Source of the DNA: Marsupella aquatica
Lineage: Eukaryota > Plantae > Marchantiophyta
DNA length: 64,000 bases
Reading direction: 5' to 3'
Assembly (NCBI GenBank): GCA_973895155.1
Contig: OZ316891.1
Span: forward strand, 25,109,899-25,173,898
Shown: piece after piece, positions 1 to 12,540 of the stretch
Position numbering within the stretch: the stretch's first letter is position 1
Layout: each line of letters starts with the position of its first letter
The notes under the pieces: model-generated
Seen by the model: the letters and a program-made list of their open reading frames with translations, nothing else
What the model was told of the DNA's origin: nothing
Databases searched by the model: none
Translations under genes and position numbers: made by a program

Positions 1-99
1 AGCACAACACCAATGGAAGGCTGAACATCATCCTTTGATCTAATTGTACATGTCATGCTTGTGCTGGTGTTTCAATGGGGAATATTCTATTTTGCAAAT

Positions 100-1720
100 G
101 AATAGTGGCGGGATACTCCAGGAGGTAGTGTAATCTTTATTGGGTCATTTATGAGAAAAATTGTGTCATAAATGCCAACAACTACAACTAGGGTCATTAA
201 AATGGTCATATGGGATGTCATATAAGTCAAATGACTAGACTTGTGGTCATTTGAGGCGTCCCTAATGCTGTCATTTAGGAAAAACAAAAATGACCAGTTT
301 GGGGCTAGTGGCTAGAGGGACGCCCTAGAGTGCCATATGGCCCCACATAGGGCTTGCAACCCGTCCACTAGGTGCTGGACACTCTACTTACTATTCCCCA
401 ACCACTACTTGCACCATAATTAATGTTGAGCCATGTTTTTGCGTTTAGCTAAGGCATGGAAAAATGACTCCCAAGTCATACAACTTTGGAGTGATTTGCC
501 AAAAGCGTCATCATGGATGAATATCTTATATTCCAAAGGAAAATGGAGCCATTTGTTTTGTTTGTCCAAGAGGTAATGCAACACCAATGGAATGGGCATG
601 GTTGTGGTGCTTCCCTCTATGGTGCATGTGCGTGCAGGTTCAAGGTAGAAGAATATTCTAATTTTGCAAGGAATCTAGGGCGGGCTCTTTTTGGAGGTAC
701 TAGGGCACAAGTTGGTCATTTATAAAAAAATGGTGTCATAATTGCCAATGACTACAAGTAAGGTCATTAAAACAGTCATCTAGGATGTCATATAAGTCAA
801 ATGATTGGACTTGTGGTCATTTGAGGCATCCTTTGTGCAGTCATTATCAAGAAGCACAAATGACCAGTTTGGGGCTAGGGGCTGGAGGTTGGCCCTTGAG
901 TGCCATGTGGCCCCACATAGAGCTGACAACCCCTCCACTAGGTGTGGGACACTATACTCATTATTGTCCAACTACTAGTTGCGTATTGAACACCTTGGAA
1001 CCATGTTTAAATGCGTTTACTTAAGGGATGATGGAACTTTGGAGAAATCACTCCCAAGTCATACAACTTTGGAGTGATTTGCCAAAAGTTGTACCATGGA
1101 AGCATACCATACTATCCAAAGGCAAACAAAACATATTTTGTCTCTCCAAGAGGAAGTGCAACACCGATGGAATGGGCGTGGTCATGGTGCTTCCCTCTAT
1201 GGTGTGTGTGGATTCAAGGTAGAGGAATATTCCACTTTTTCAAGGAATCTAGAGAGAGCTCTCTTTGGAGGTACTAGGGCCTTCATTGGATCATTTGTGA
1301 ACAATGGCGTGTCATAAATGCCTATGATTACAAATAGGATCATTGAAATGGTCATATGAGATGTCATATAAGTCAAATGACTAGAATTGTTGTCATTTGA
1401 GGGGGTCCCTTGTGTAGTCATTTAGGAGAAGCACAAATGACCAGTTTGGGGCTATGGGCTGGAGGTCGGCCCTACATAGAGCTGGCAACCTGTCCACCGG
1501 GTGCATGACACTCTACATACTATTCTCCATGCACTACTTGCAACATAAACACCTTGGAATATGGGGGTTCTCTTTTGGAGGTACTTGTGCTTCATTGGGC
1601 CATTGATGAACAATGCTAGGTCATAAATGCCAATGACCTTATATACTTAGTGTCATTGTGGCTATGAGGAGAGAGGTTAAAATGACCAAATTGGGCCAGG
1701 GCTAGAGGTCCTATACTTGA
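100..1720. repeat. Diverged tandem repeat, ~570-576 bp unit, ~3 copies
   Basis: ATGTCATATAAGTCAAATGA recurs at 215, 785 and 1361 with similar flanking sequence. It is rich in the ATGAC motif seen in the CACTA subterminal region. Confidence 0.85.
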
Positions 1721-3804
1721 CAGTCGCCCAAACTATTATTTTACCCAACAAATAGTCTCCCTTATGAGGGTTTGCGTCCTCCATTCTACAAAATCTCCCT
1801 TATGAGGGGTTGCGTCTTCCATTCTACACTGTGATTTGTGGCCGTGAACAATTTTCTAAAAATAATGCAACATTGGTGGGATACCATGTTTTAGACTTTG
1901 TCATGTAGATCATTTAATTAATGAGCAGGGTAATAATAAATCCTTTGTGAGGGAAAATCGTAGGTCTTCTAGCAATTTGGAAGTGTTTACATTGACTGTG
2001 AAAATGGCAAACAATCACACAACTTGACTTACAAATCTTAAAAGGGATGGAATTGCTGTTTACACCTCCTTTGCACCCCATTTACAGCTGGTTCATAGGG
2101 TCTATAAGTCAAGACTTCCTCTATTGTAAATATACTGGCTACTTCTCCTTTCTAAATTGACTTTGGAATTCAACTTTTGCTTTCACGGTCATCCAAATTG
2201 ACTGGGGTGTCAGTCTACTAAAACCAACCCTTACACTACCTAGCTTTACACTGGTTACCATCAGTCTACCGGTCCATAAGGAGTGATTATAGTGTAAAAC
2301 GGCTTCTACTACTTGCCTTTGTATTTTCAAAATCCCCACTCATGGGAAACGTCATGCGCGCTCGGATCTTGGGGTGCTGCCATACTTTCAAGCTCCCGAG
2401 CGTGCTCCCAAGCTGTGGAGACTGGACTTAATGTCCTATCACTTCGACATGTTCACTGCATCACAACAAATTTGCTCATTGTTCTGTCCTCTAGATGATT
2501 CCATGGCTTGATCCACATTCTTTAGAATGTTGCGAGATTTGTTTCAACTACTGATTCTTCCTCTACTCCATTCGACTACGCGCTTTCAATTTGACTTCTT
2601 TCCCATCTTTCCTGGCAGGCTCTTGCAAAGATAGGCCGCCGCTTCAATTTGTATCAATGTTCCCTGCTTCGTCATGCTCTCCGCAATCAGCCGTTCGTTG
2701 CAATGTCCAAAATAGCTGCCTTTAATTTTTGCTCTGCCCTTACTTCGCAAATTTCCAATTTGATCTTGGGGCAGGTAGACTGAGTTTATGTATGAATACA
2801 TGAATCAGTAGCGGCGGTCTGAGAAGTTTCCATGACGTTCAAAAAGTTGCGAGCCTCAATGGAAGGAGTGCCACTCAGGTAACACATTGTTCACTTATTG
2901 TGGCTGTGAGAAATCTTCAAAGCTTTGCAGATGGTTCACGTAAGCTTTCCTACGCACAAGGGCCCTAGTCTTACTACTTGGTTAGTAGTTAGAAGTCAAT
3001 TTTCCTCCTCGACAAGCGTAGGACGAGTTTCTCTTGCCCAAGTGCCTGGGTAGTGCACTCGGTTTCAACAGGGGCTGCAGATTGATGAGAGATTGATATT
3101 GATTTAAGAGTTCACACAAATTGGGGGATCAAATGCTGATGATCTTGAAAGAGGTTTTGTGAGAGTTCTTGTTAAATACGTCCCCATTCTAAATTTCTGT
3201 TATCTAATCTTCTGATCCTTCTATGCCACATGTATGCAAGTCTTGAGCTTAACATTGTTGGTCGTGGGCTTAAGGAATAATTGTTTGGATAAGTACTTTA
3301 AAAGTTGTAGTATTCCACTTGTGAGACCGTGCAGCCAGTCTTTTGCAATGAGATAAATTCAGAAAGGTCTTACGTATTGAGCTTTTTGACCTTGGCAGGA
3401 TTGTTTTCTAATAACCTTTGTTGAGTACAACAGCAACAGAAATGACACACTCCACGGTAGGTTTGATTCTATTTTAATCAATTGGCTGGCTGCAGCTGCG
3501 AGTATCTTGCTATTGCACCCCAAGGTCACTAGTTTGCAATTGCATCGAGCTATCTCCGTCTGTTTTCTCCAGGCAGCTGCTGCCTTGGTTTTGACCTCAC
3601 AGATTTCAGAGGAAACTGGGAACATGAACAAACTACAGTACAATACTTTGGTGTGGACTATTGAAGGGGAAGCTGCCTTCCAGGGTTTAAGGTTTCTTTC
3701 TGCCTCCCCAGCGTTCCATGACAATGGCAGAGCACATTGCCAAGAGAAGAATGCCTTTGGGTATATTGCTGAGTGCTCATCCATTAAGTGCGCACCTCCA
3801 TTTG

Positions 3805-3885
3805 TCTGGATTGGGGAGAAAGGGAAGCTCTTAGTGCCTGAAGAGTATCTTACATTCCTCACAGTCTGCCAATAAAAAAGTTATT
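3805..3885 (+). pseudogene. Possible captured fragment resembling the TYW3-type tRNA-wybutosine methyltransferase C-terminus
   Basis: IGEKGKLLVPEEYLTFLT followed (frameshifted) by ANKK resembles the TYW3 motif 'PLG..G.LLV.EEYL.FL...AN.K'. Short and recognised from memory only. Confidence 0.35.
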
Positions 3886-5359
3886 TGTGAGGGCAAAACT
3901 AACATGGATGGCAGATGTTCAATTAATCAATCCAAACATACACAAGAAACTAGAAAACTTACCGGAGGCCACTAGAAGCTTGGGAACTGACTGTAGGCCA
4001 CTAGAAAGAAAGAAAGGCCACTAGAAACATTTTTGTTTGGACGGTAGAGTCTCGAGAAGTGGAAATATTGCAGTATCCTGGGGCGCCAAAGATTTAAAAC
4101 TACCAAGAAATAACATGGCAGATGTGTAAGAAATCAGAAGCAGCACTAGTCAAAATCAAGGACAAGTTACGCTTGTCTACGATAGAGTTGGAGAATAAAA
4201 TAACAAGGAGTCTCCATTTGAGTCACTAGAGGCCCCTAAATAAAGCGGAAAGGTATCCCTAGAGGCACCTGGAAGACAAACCAAAAGGTTCTACCTTTGG
4301 GCATATATACCTGTTTAGTAGAAAAGTACGTGATTGTCTGGTCCTCACTATGCCGACAGGTTGTTTGAATTTGTGATGAATTTGTGATGGATATTTACTT
4401 CTGATCATTTACATCTCTGCCAACATCAACAGTCTTCAGTTTGACAACTCACTCGTTTGACCCAGATGAAACATTTTGAGAGAGTAAAGACGTAGATTAG
4501 CTCGCAGTCATTACCTTGCTATTGAAGTGTAGGATCCTGAATATATAGAACAGCGTATCTGATTGTGCTTTCTCAAAGTGTCATTAAATGTGTAAAGTGT
4601 TTCTGCCAACATCAACAGTATTCAGTTGCCTGGGCTTTTATACTGATCGGATATATATCATCAAGATTCCTCCATGTCGGAGAGAAACGCCTGTTTATAC
4701 GACTCACGTATAATATTCAACTCTTAACGCCCAAAAGAGGTTGGACTCATCTCTTTTTCAGCCTGGGACACTTTCTCGTCTCCCCATACTTCTTCCCCGA
4801 CTTCTTCAAGTCCTGCTCAGTTCGTGAATGATCTTTCTTGCCGCCTGCACTTATCTGCATTTGCCTTGCTTTCAGACAAGTTACACTTTTATTAAAGGTC
4901 ATCTCTCTTTATTGTATTGCTTTTCCATTTAAGACAGCATTGTCCCCACTACTGCTTGTCTCCCGGCTGAGCTTCTTTATTGCCTGCTATAATTTATATC
5001 AATTTTTTGCTCACCTGCATGAACTTGTTGTTCTGGATTTATCGTCGAGCCTTCTGCCTAATAGGCTAGCTAGCTACACGGTCTGCCATATTTCTTGTCC
5101 ACAAGTTCAGCTTTGAATAAATGGCGTCAGAGCATCTCTACTGTAGTGATCTTCTCTTTTTCATAGGGAATCAAAAAATTCTCTATCTTCATTGGCTTTT
5201 TGAATGGCTGGCGATGAAACTTCATTATTGACAAGTTCTCTTCCTCTCTACTTTCCCGTTTTCTTTATATAGCGGGCTCATTGTTTGACGTAAAGTTGTT
5301 GGCATTTTCAGCTTGAGTTAATACTGAACCTTGCTCCTATGGATGTCATGTCCTACAAC

Positions 5360-6458
5360 AGGTTATATTGATGGTGACATTGGTCAAGAGCTGGACTCAC
5401 GCCTTTTAAGATAAATAGGATTGAAGAACGTCAAGGCAATGAGGTAGTGCTTAAACTCTTTTAGCTAAGTGCTCTCACATATAGATTGCTTTATCTAAGC
5501 CTGGAAGAATACTGTAGATCTGAGCTGTGAGAAGACTCTACTATAGAGATTTGATTCAAACACGTTTGTGATTATTCAGTTCAAGAACAGTTGTGGAAGT
5601 TAATAATTACTGACTAAAACCTTTCCCAGTTATATCTCAAGTTATATGAATGTGAAGTTTTGACAATTGCTAGGTCCCTTGTTTGCTTGACTATTTGTGT
5701 CCGCTAAGCTGACTTCAGGTTATGTTTAATATGGAGTCAAATAAGTTGCGGATATGGTACCTGGCAAGCCTTGTTACATTCTGACTGGAATCGTTCTATA
5801 TTTTTTTAGCAAAGCCAACGGAGGATCCCTTGGAGATCAAGAAGGTGCATAAGATGCTGGGAACTTTACCTGTTGGAAAGGTTGATACCCTCAGTGGAGG
5901 AAAAGTTGAATTGCATCCTCGATAAACATAAGGTGACTGCCCTCAGTATTGTTTTCAAAGAAATAGATTGATAGACTTGAAGTTCAGTCACTGTTATAAA
6001 AATACCAGACAATGTACTTTAATTATTTAGTATGGTATAATTAAGGAACTCTAGGATTTGGTTGATGAAATGGATCAGTTCTTAAAGATTGAAGGTTAGA
6101 GGACATTGAAAGTTTAGGGCCAGCTATAAGTGTCAGACTTAGGAGTCTTCTTGGTCGAGGTCAAGCTCTTCTCAACAATTAATCTGCTTGTATTTGGTGA
6201 ATCTCTCTATATATATCGATATAAGGGACAACTACTGCCTCTGACTTCTCCTCCTGTCTAATTTACACAGCCATAGTGATGTACTCTATATCATGCATTT
6301 GGAATTTGAGAAAAGTTCTGAGCTCTTCTTGTTTTCCTTTTGCAGAATGATGACATTGTATTATATGCAAGCTCAATTTGAGTCTGATGAGAGTTTGGGA
6401 TGACTGGAAGTCTGCAATGTACGTACAATTTACCAAGAACTGGATCCTTTTGGGCAGG
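5360..6458 (+). pseudogene. Series of exon-like segments from an unidentified captured host gene
   Basis: Short segments bounded by polypyrimidine-AG and GT at about 5362-5443, 5719-5756, 5810-5932 and 6346-6458, separated by T-rich intron-like DNA, with in-frame stops. Confidence 0.35.
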
Positions 6459-7709
6459 TAGTGTTCATGATTAATTGCAAATGAAACAACAGGACCTCGA
6501 GCTTACCTTTTGAACATTGCAAGTTGCAATTGCCATTATGAGTTTGCAAGCCTAATGAATGACGGGTGCATTTCTAGCGAGTGAGCCAATTGGAATTGGA
6601 GAATTTCAACTCCTCTGTAAGTCTCTGATCGCACTCCCTTGTGTGGTATGTATGTCTTGGAATACCTAGATTACATGGTTTATGGGACTACAAATTCACA
6701 ACCAGCTACGTAGTCTCAATGTGATGCATTTTTTGCTCATATGACCTGTATTTTCCATTTGCTGATACAGGAGCGGGAAACTACAAGCTACCTGACATGA
6801 AAGGGACAACCACACTGTGGAATTCCAGATTGCTTAAGAAGCAATTGTTGTAGATTTTAGGGATGCAGCTCCTATACAAAGTATAATCATAAGTTTTTTG
6901 ATTCATTTGTTGATCACAAGCTTGATTGCTGGAGAATAGGATTAGATGCTCAACAGTATTCCAGTGTAGATCATTGATGAAATATTGTATGACACTCAAA
7001 ATGACATTATAAATAATGTGCATTATGATATCCAAAATGAGTCCATCATGTATGACATTCCAAATGAAATTATAAATGATGTGTGTTGTGACATCATTTT
7101 AATGACGCCTTCTCAAGTCATTTCCGTCATTGGAAAATGACATCTTTTATGACTGTCCAAAATGACTAATGAAATACGTCATTTTTTACAGATGAAAATG
7201 ACTAATGAAATACGTCATTTTGGACAGATCCAAAATGTCCAAAATGACAACTAAGTATATCCATGTGTCTATCACACAATGATCCACATGGTGGCTAATG
7301 ATTTGTGAGAGCTTTTGTCATTTTAGACATGTCTGAAATGACAAGAATTTATTGCCCCATGTTGATTATGAAAGATGCCACATGTCTATGGTTCATTTGT
7401 TCAAAATATGGGTCATTCTGGACATGTCTAAAATGACATATTATTTGTTTAGTGGTTGGACACATGGCTTTTTTTTAATTGGTGACGGTGACCGTCAATG
7501 GTGAACGGCACAAGACCATTGATGACACTTTTTTACGTCATTTTGGACTGTTGGTCATTTTGGACCTTTGGTCATTTCTAGTAATTTTGGACAATAACCA
7601 ATGACCATGGGATTTTTGCGTCATTTGTCCGATAGGACCATGACGCATTTGTCCAATGCAACATGTCTGGAAAGACACAAACAAATGTGTCATTGGTTTG
7701 ATGAAAAGA

Positions 7710-10700
7710 TGTCGCGCCCCTAACCCGGGCCTTAAATCCAGTTTAGTGCCATGGCGCGACCTCGACCACCAGTAGGGGTGAGGGTTCGGGCAAGGAGGTG
7801 TGTAGTGACCTCAATTAGCCCTAAGTCGGGCTAAGTCGATATACTTACCGGTATAACACCTGAATAATTTGTACTAGTCATAGGTATATTTGTTTTCCAC
7901 CGCTGGAATATTCCCTCAGTTAGTGACTCGGACTAACTCCCGGCTTGGGGCCTTTCAAGCCATCGACACGATAGGACCTTGTGACATACAATGAGTGGCA
8001 ATCCCTACCATTAGTCCGCACCCGGTACGTCCCTTAAAATAGCGCCTTTACCCAGCCAAAGCATACACACAACACCAGTTACTTGCAGAACATTAGGGGG
8101 AAAAGACTACATTTACTCAGCGAAGCATCAGTTTACATGGTTGACTCGACTTCAAAGGGGGTCAGCAGGCCCAACGGCAGCTGATGCCCAGTCTCTACGA
8201 GGCCCTGCCTCGCACTTGCCCAACAAGCTCGACTTTGGCTCTCACTCCTTGGTGCGCTCTGACCCTGCTCAGGCCGGGACTCCCCGTGCCTTACCTTCCC
8301 TCTGCTGAGATAACTAAGCCTTCTCCCCCTCCCTTAGCGGAAGGGGAAGCCTAAATACAACATTTGCGGAAGAGAACCGGAGGATACTGCCTTCCGGGAT
8401 ACTACCTACTGACTACTGGCCGCGCCGCACTGACCGGTTGACCGTTGACGACAAGGTGCCGACCGAGATGGCAACGGCCAAGCCAACTGACTAATTCCAG
8501 TCTGTTGATGGACTCCATCCTACGTTGGCTGATCCTAACTGATCCGGCCCTAATTCTTCTTACTGCCGCTAATCGGCGCCTAATGACAGTCATTCTGTCA
8601 TTACGCCTAACCAAAAGATGCCGTTGACTTAACTGCTTCGCGCGGCGCCTGCTTCCGCCCTTCGCTAACCACCCCTTACGTGTGTGCAGTGGTCGGACCA
8701 GGGTTGGTCCCCTTGTCGGGACGAGACCTCGAGCCGCCTTGATCAGAGGTGGGCCCAGGTTTTCCCCGCTGGAGGATGAGCAGGGTAATGCGGTCTTGCA
8801 AGGCCTTGTTATCCCGTACCGCCTCCTCCGCCTCATTTGCAGCTTCATCGGCCTCGGTCTGGAGCCGCGTCACTTCCAGATTGAGCTGGTCGATGGAGTT
8901 GCGATGGATCTGGTCCTGTGCTAGCAATTTATCTCGCTCGGCGGAGAGACTAGCCACCTGCTGTGCTGCCTGCAGGAATTGTTTGTTGAGGTCGGTCAGG
9001 CTGGTAACCCGAGCTGAAGATTCTGAGCGTAATTGAAGCACGGTGTCATCCAGCTTCTTGAGTTCGACCTGCGCTCCGCTTAACTCCTGGTTTAGTCCGT
9101 CCCTCTATTCGACGGTGCGGACTAACTCCTCGCGGTGATTTGTTGCCTCCTCCTCGAGGTGTTCTACCAGCATCTGGAGGCGCCCGATCTCATTCCCCTT
9201 CGCCATGAGTTCTTCTTCCAGGCGGTTTACGATCCGTGGTTGGTGCTCTAACATGAAGAAGGTTGGTTGAAAGTACGCCGAGACTTGTTGTCCGATGTAC
9301 GTCGCCAGCTCCCCAGACATAGTCTGGCTAAACTTCTGGACCAGGTCGTAGGCCATGGTCCCCGGGGCTACTTGGTAGTCCTCCATCCTCTGGGGTAGCG
9401 GTGGGTCCTCGGGTGGAGCAACAATCTCCTCTGTAGTCAACGCTGGGGAGGGGAAGATATCTTCAGGTGGTGGAGGGATTGGGGGTGGTTGTACTGCGGG
9501 TAGTGGAGGTTCAACGGAAGGGGGCGGCGGAATTTCCACAGGGGGTGGTGGCGGAGTATTAGTCGGGGCTGCCGGCTCGGGGTTTGCCCGAGGGACGGTA
9601 GTCCGCGTCGTTGGGGTTGCCTCCTCTGAGGCGGGGGCGACGTTACCCGGGGCTGAGGTGGCCATATTCTTTCCTCTGGCCTCCCGCCGTGCCTTGTACC
9701 AGGCGAGGATAATGGCGATATGACTTCCCAAGTACGTCTTCCCCCCAATAGCCATACCACCCTGAGCCCGCTTTAGCTCCCTCGAGAATCTTCGGTAGAA
9801 GAATTGGGCCCAGTTCCATCGTTTGTACTGTTCCACCTGCATGATCGTGCAGAGGGAAATCTCGGATCGCGGCTCAATCATGTGTAGGGTAGTCCGTATG
9901 AAGTTAAGCCGCTCCATACAGGTTAAGTTGGTGCATGCCCCCTGCTTGTATCCGTTGTCCGTCTTACCCTCGGGTTTGAAGTGCCGCGGCGTATACTCCT
10001 TATCCCAAATTCGTATTTCCATCGGCACCGGTCCGGTTGGTAGGCAAAAGATTTGCGTTAACCGATGCTCCGTGAGTGATAAGTCCTGCCCCGAAACCTT
10101 GGTGGTCGATGCGTCAGTGTTGAAATTGGCGATGAACTCACAAATCTCCTTCGACCCGGCGGCGCATGGCCTCCATAGCAAGTGGGCAAACCGCTCCAAC
10201 TGATGCTCCTTGAGATAGTCTGCATGTTCGAGTTTCTTGATCGCGATCCAGACTACTTTGGGGACGCGGATTACCTGTAATAAGTTGGACTTTGGGTTAT
10301 CCAGGGGCCGTCGGGTCTGGTTGGTCGGGGGGTTTTCCGGGGCAGGTGCAGGTGCGGCGTCGGCCCGTGTTGTTGGCTCGGGGGCCGTCGTAGTCCTTGG
10401 CCGCTTACGAGGACGCTATTCGAGTTGCGGACTAGCTCGCTCGGAACCCGAAGAGCACTCCGTGTTGATTACTGGACGGACGTGGGACTGGTTCGGCGGT
10501 ACTCCGGTGGTCATCGGCTGAGGCACTGGTGGTATCGGGGTAGCCATGTCCCAGTTGAAGGCATTGGAGCTTTCCCCGAGGAACGTAAGATTACGCGCCG
10601 CTTCCCGTTGTCTGCTGATGTCTTCCTGGCGCTTTTCGGCTGCGATCTGCTGGTCTAGGTACCCCGGAATCTTGTCAAACTCTGCTTGAGTAAGCCGCTG

Positions 10701-11545
10701 GTTGCCCTTCAGCTTAAAGAACTTCGCTGGAACCTCCAGAATCGCCTCAGCTACCGATCTAAGCCCTTCCTCGCTGAGGTATAGTTCGTTGATGTAGTCT
10801 CACAGCTCGTTGTAGCTGGAATCCCTGGTGGTGGCTATCCTTTCGCAATTAACCAGTGCCACCTTGGTCACCAGCTTTGCGTATCTTCGTTCGTAAGCGG
10901 CTTTCTCGGGGCAAGAGTACCAGTAAGTCTCGGAGAACTTAGCACCTACCTCGCCAAACAAGGTCCAAAATCCCAAGGCTGTGAGGGTCATACTAACCTC
11001 GTAGTCTGGTTTGTTGAGTCCACGTTCCCACCCGGCTGGTCCTCTGTCTCGTGGAGGCCTTGCTCGTCCTGACTAAATCTCGCCACATTCCGCGCTTCTC
11101 CCTCGATAATCTCCTTGTAAAGGTCGACTCGATTCGATCAGAAAGGCGAGGGGATGACAACGTCCGCGAATTCAAAGAAAGGTAGACATGAGCAAATGGC
11201 CCGCAGCACCATCGGCTCCTCTCTTATGGAGGTGCCAGGATGAGCCCGAGCGTGAGAAGGCCAGGCCGTTTTGGTCATTGATAGCGAGCTGAAGTCGGCG
11301 CCTTGGTCCCAGCGTGATTCTTCTAACTGATTTTTACTCCGCTGCCGCCACCGTACCTCGGTCGCGCGTAATAATCCCCTTCCTGAACTCGTAATGATTC
11401 CATCATTTTAACCTACTCCTAATCTAATCATAATGGCAACAGACGGCTATACGTGCTATTCTACACTAGGGCTACGGTCCTAATGACCGTATAAGTCCTA
11501 ATCTACGACCTGGTTTTGGTCAAGTGACACGTTACCCGTGTCACA
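7710..11545 (-). mobile_element. Solo LTR (3836 bp) containing a long decayed ORF
   Basis: TGT...ACA termini and a perfect 5-bp TSD AAAGA (7705-7709 / 11546-11550). No gag, pol, PBS or PPT inside. A near-identical end recurs at 63606. Confidence 0.9.
8676..10991 (-). pseudogene. LTR-encoded ~770-aa protein: N-terminal domain, central conserved domain, Pro-rich linker, coiled coil
   Basis: ORFs 10800-10991, 9105-10199 and 8676-9041 are in one frame, broken only by stops at ~10800, ~10416 and 9105. Homologous to 57052-59680 (DNGY..ERLNF..LHMIEPRSEIS vs DNGF..ERLEF..LHMMEPRGEIS). Confidence 0.8.
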
Positions 11546-11602
11546 AAAGACCATGTCAATAGTCATTGTTACAATCATAAATAACCCTGTTTTCTACTAG
11601 TG

Positions 11603-12540
11603 AGTTGGTCCGCATCTCCAAACAACGGGATGGACTAAACCAGGACTTGCTTAAGGCTCAGGCTGACGTTACGGGACTCGAAGCCACCGTGCTTCAGCTT
11701 CAAGTAGAGTCCTTGGCTTGGGTTAATAGCCTGACGGACCTGAACAACCAGTTTGTTTAGGCTGCCCAGCAGGTCAACGTTATCACCGCCGATCAAGATA
11801 AGCGGTTGGCCCAAAACCAGGCCAACCTTAAGACAATTGGCCAGCTCAACTTGGAGGTGGCACGGCTCCAAAAGGAGATTGACAAAGTCTCCAATGAGGC
11901 AGAGGAAGCAGCGCGGGATAACAAGGCCTTGCAGGAGCAGATTACATTGTTGGTAAGCCAGCGGAGCAGGGCGGGAAACGCCTATGATCAGGGTGGCTCG
12001 AGGCCCCAGCCTGACAAGGGGACAAACCCTAGACCGATAGTGTAACGCGCGTGAGGGGTTTAGCAGTGGGGGCAATCAGGCGACTGCACAGCGCAACCGG
12101 CGGCAAAGGCATCTTTTTGAGTTAGCCATAGTGACAGAATAGCTATCATTAGGCACCAATTAGTGGCATGGTAGGCGAGATTAGGACAAAGTTAGTTAGG
12201 ACCATCCAGGGTAGGATAGGCGACAATCAACAAGCTAAGACAACTGGCAACAAGACTTAGATGTAGCGCTGCGGTTGGCGACCCTTGCCACTGATAGTCA
12301 ACAGGACAATGGGCAGGCGATCAACAACGTCAGTAAGTAGTTAGTTAGGTAGGCTTGGGCCGAGGGAGGTAGCATCTCCCCCGCCCATTGGCAAATAGTA
12401 TTTAGGCTCCCCCTTCTGCTAGTATGGGAGAGATGCTGGTGGCTTATTTCAGTTAGGAAAAGCATGGTGCACGGGAGTCCCGACCTGCAAAGGATCAAAG
12501 AGCACTAAGGAGTGAGAGCCAGAGTTGATCTTGCTAGGAG
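11603..12540 (+). mobile_element. Diverged partial copy of the same protein-coding LTR family (coiled-coil 3' part plus downstream motif)
   Basis: Translation LNLEVARLQ..EAEEAARDNKALQ..DQGGSRPQPDKGTNP matches 8676-9041, and GGGAGTCCCGACC occurs at ~12473. Cut by the CACTA end on the left and another LTR on the right. Confidence 0.8.

Larger units (their letters stand above)
1..11602. mobile_element. CACTA (En/Spm) element, right part only; non-autonomous in the visible portion
   Basis: Ends ...CCCTGTTTTCTACTAGTG at 11602 (reverse complement CACTAGTAGAAAACAGGG). ATGAC/GTCAT-rich subterminal repeats at ~7000-7709 continue at 11546-11590 across the solo-LTR insertion. The left end is not in the window, so the TSD cannot be checked. 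Confidence 0.65.

Noticed and set aside
87-1421. Short ORFs in the first 1.4 kb
   Set aside because: They arise from the ~570-bp tandem repeat, and frames are not conserved between units.
7710-12540. Inverted homology between ~8230-9130 and 11603-12540 as DIRS-type inverted LTRs
   Set aside because: The left unit has its own TG..CA ends and TSD, and no RT or tyrosine recombinase is present. These are two independent insertions in opposite orientation.
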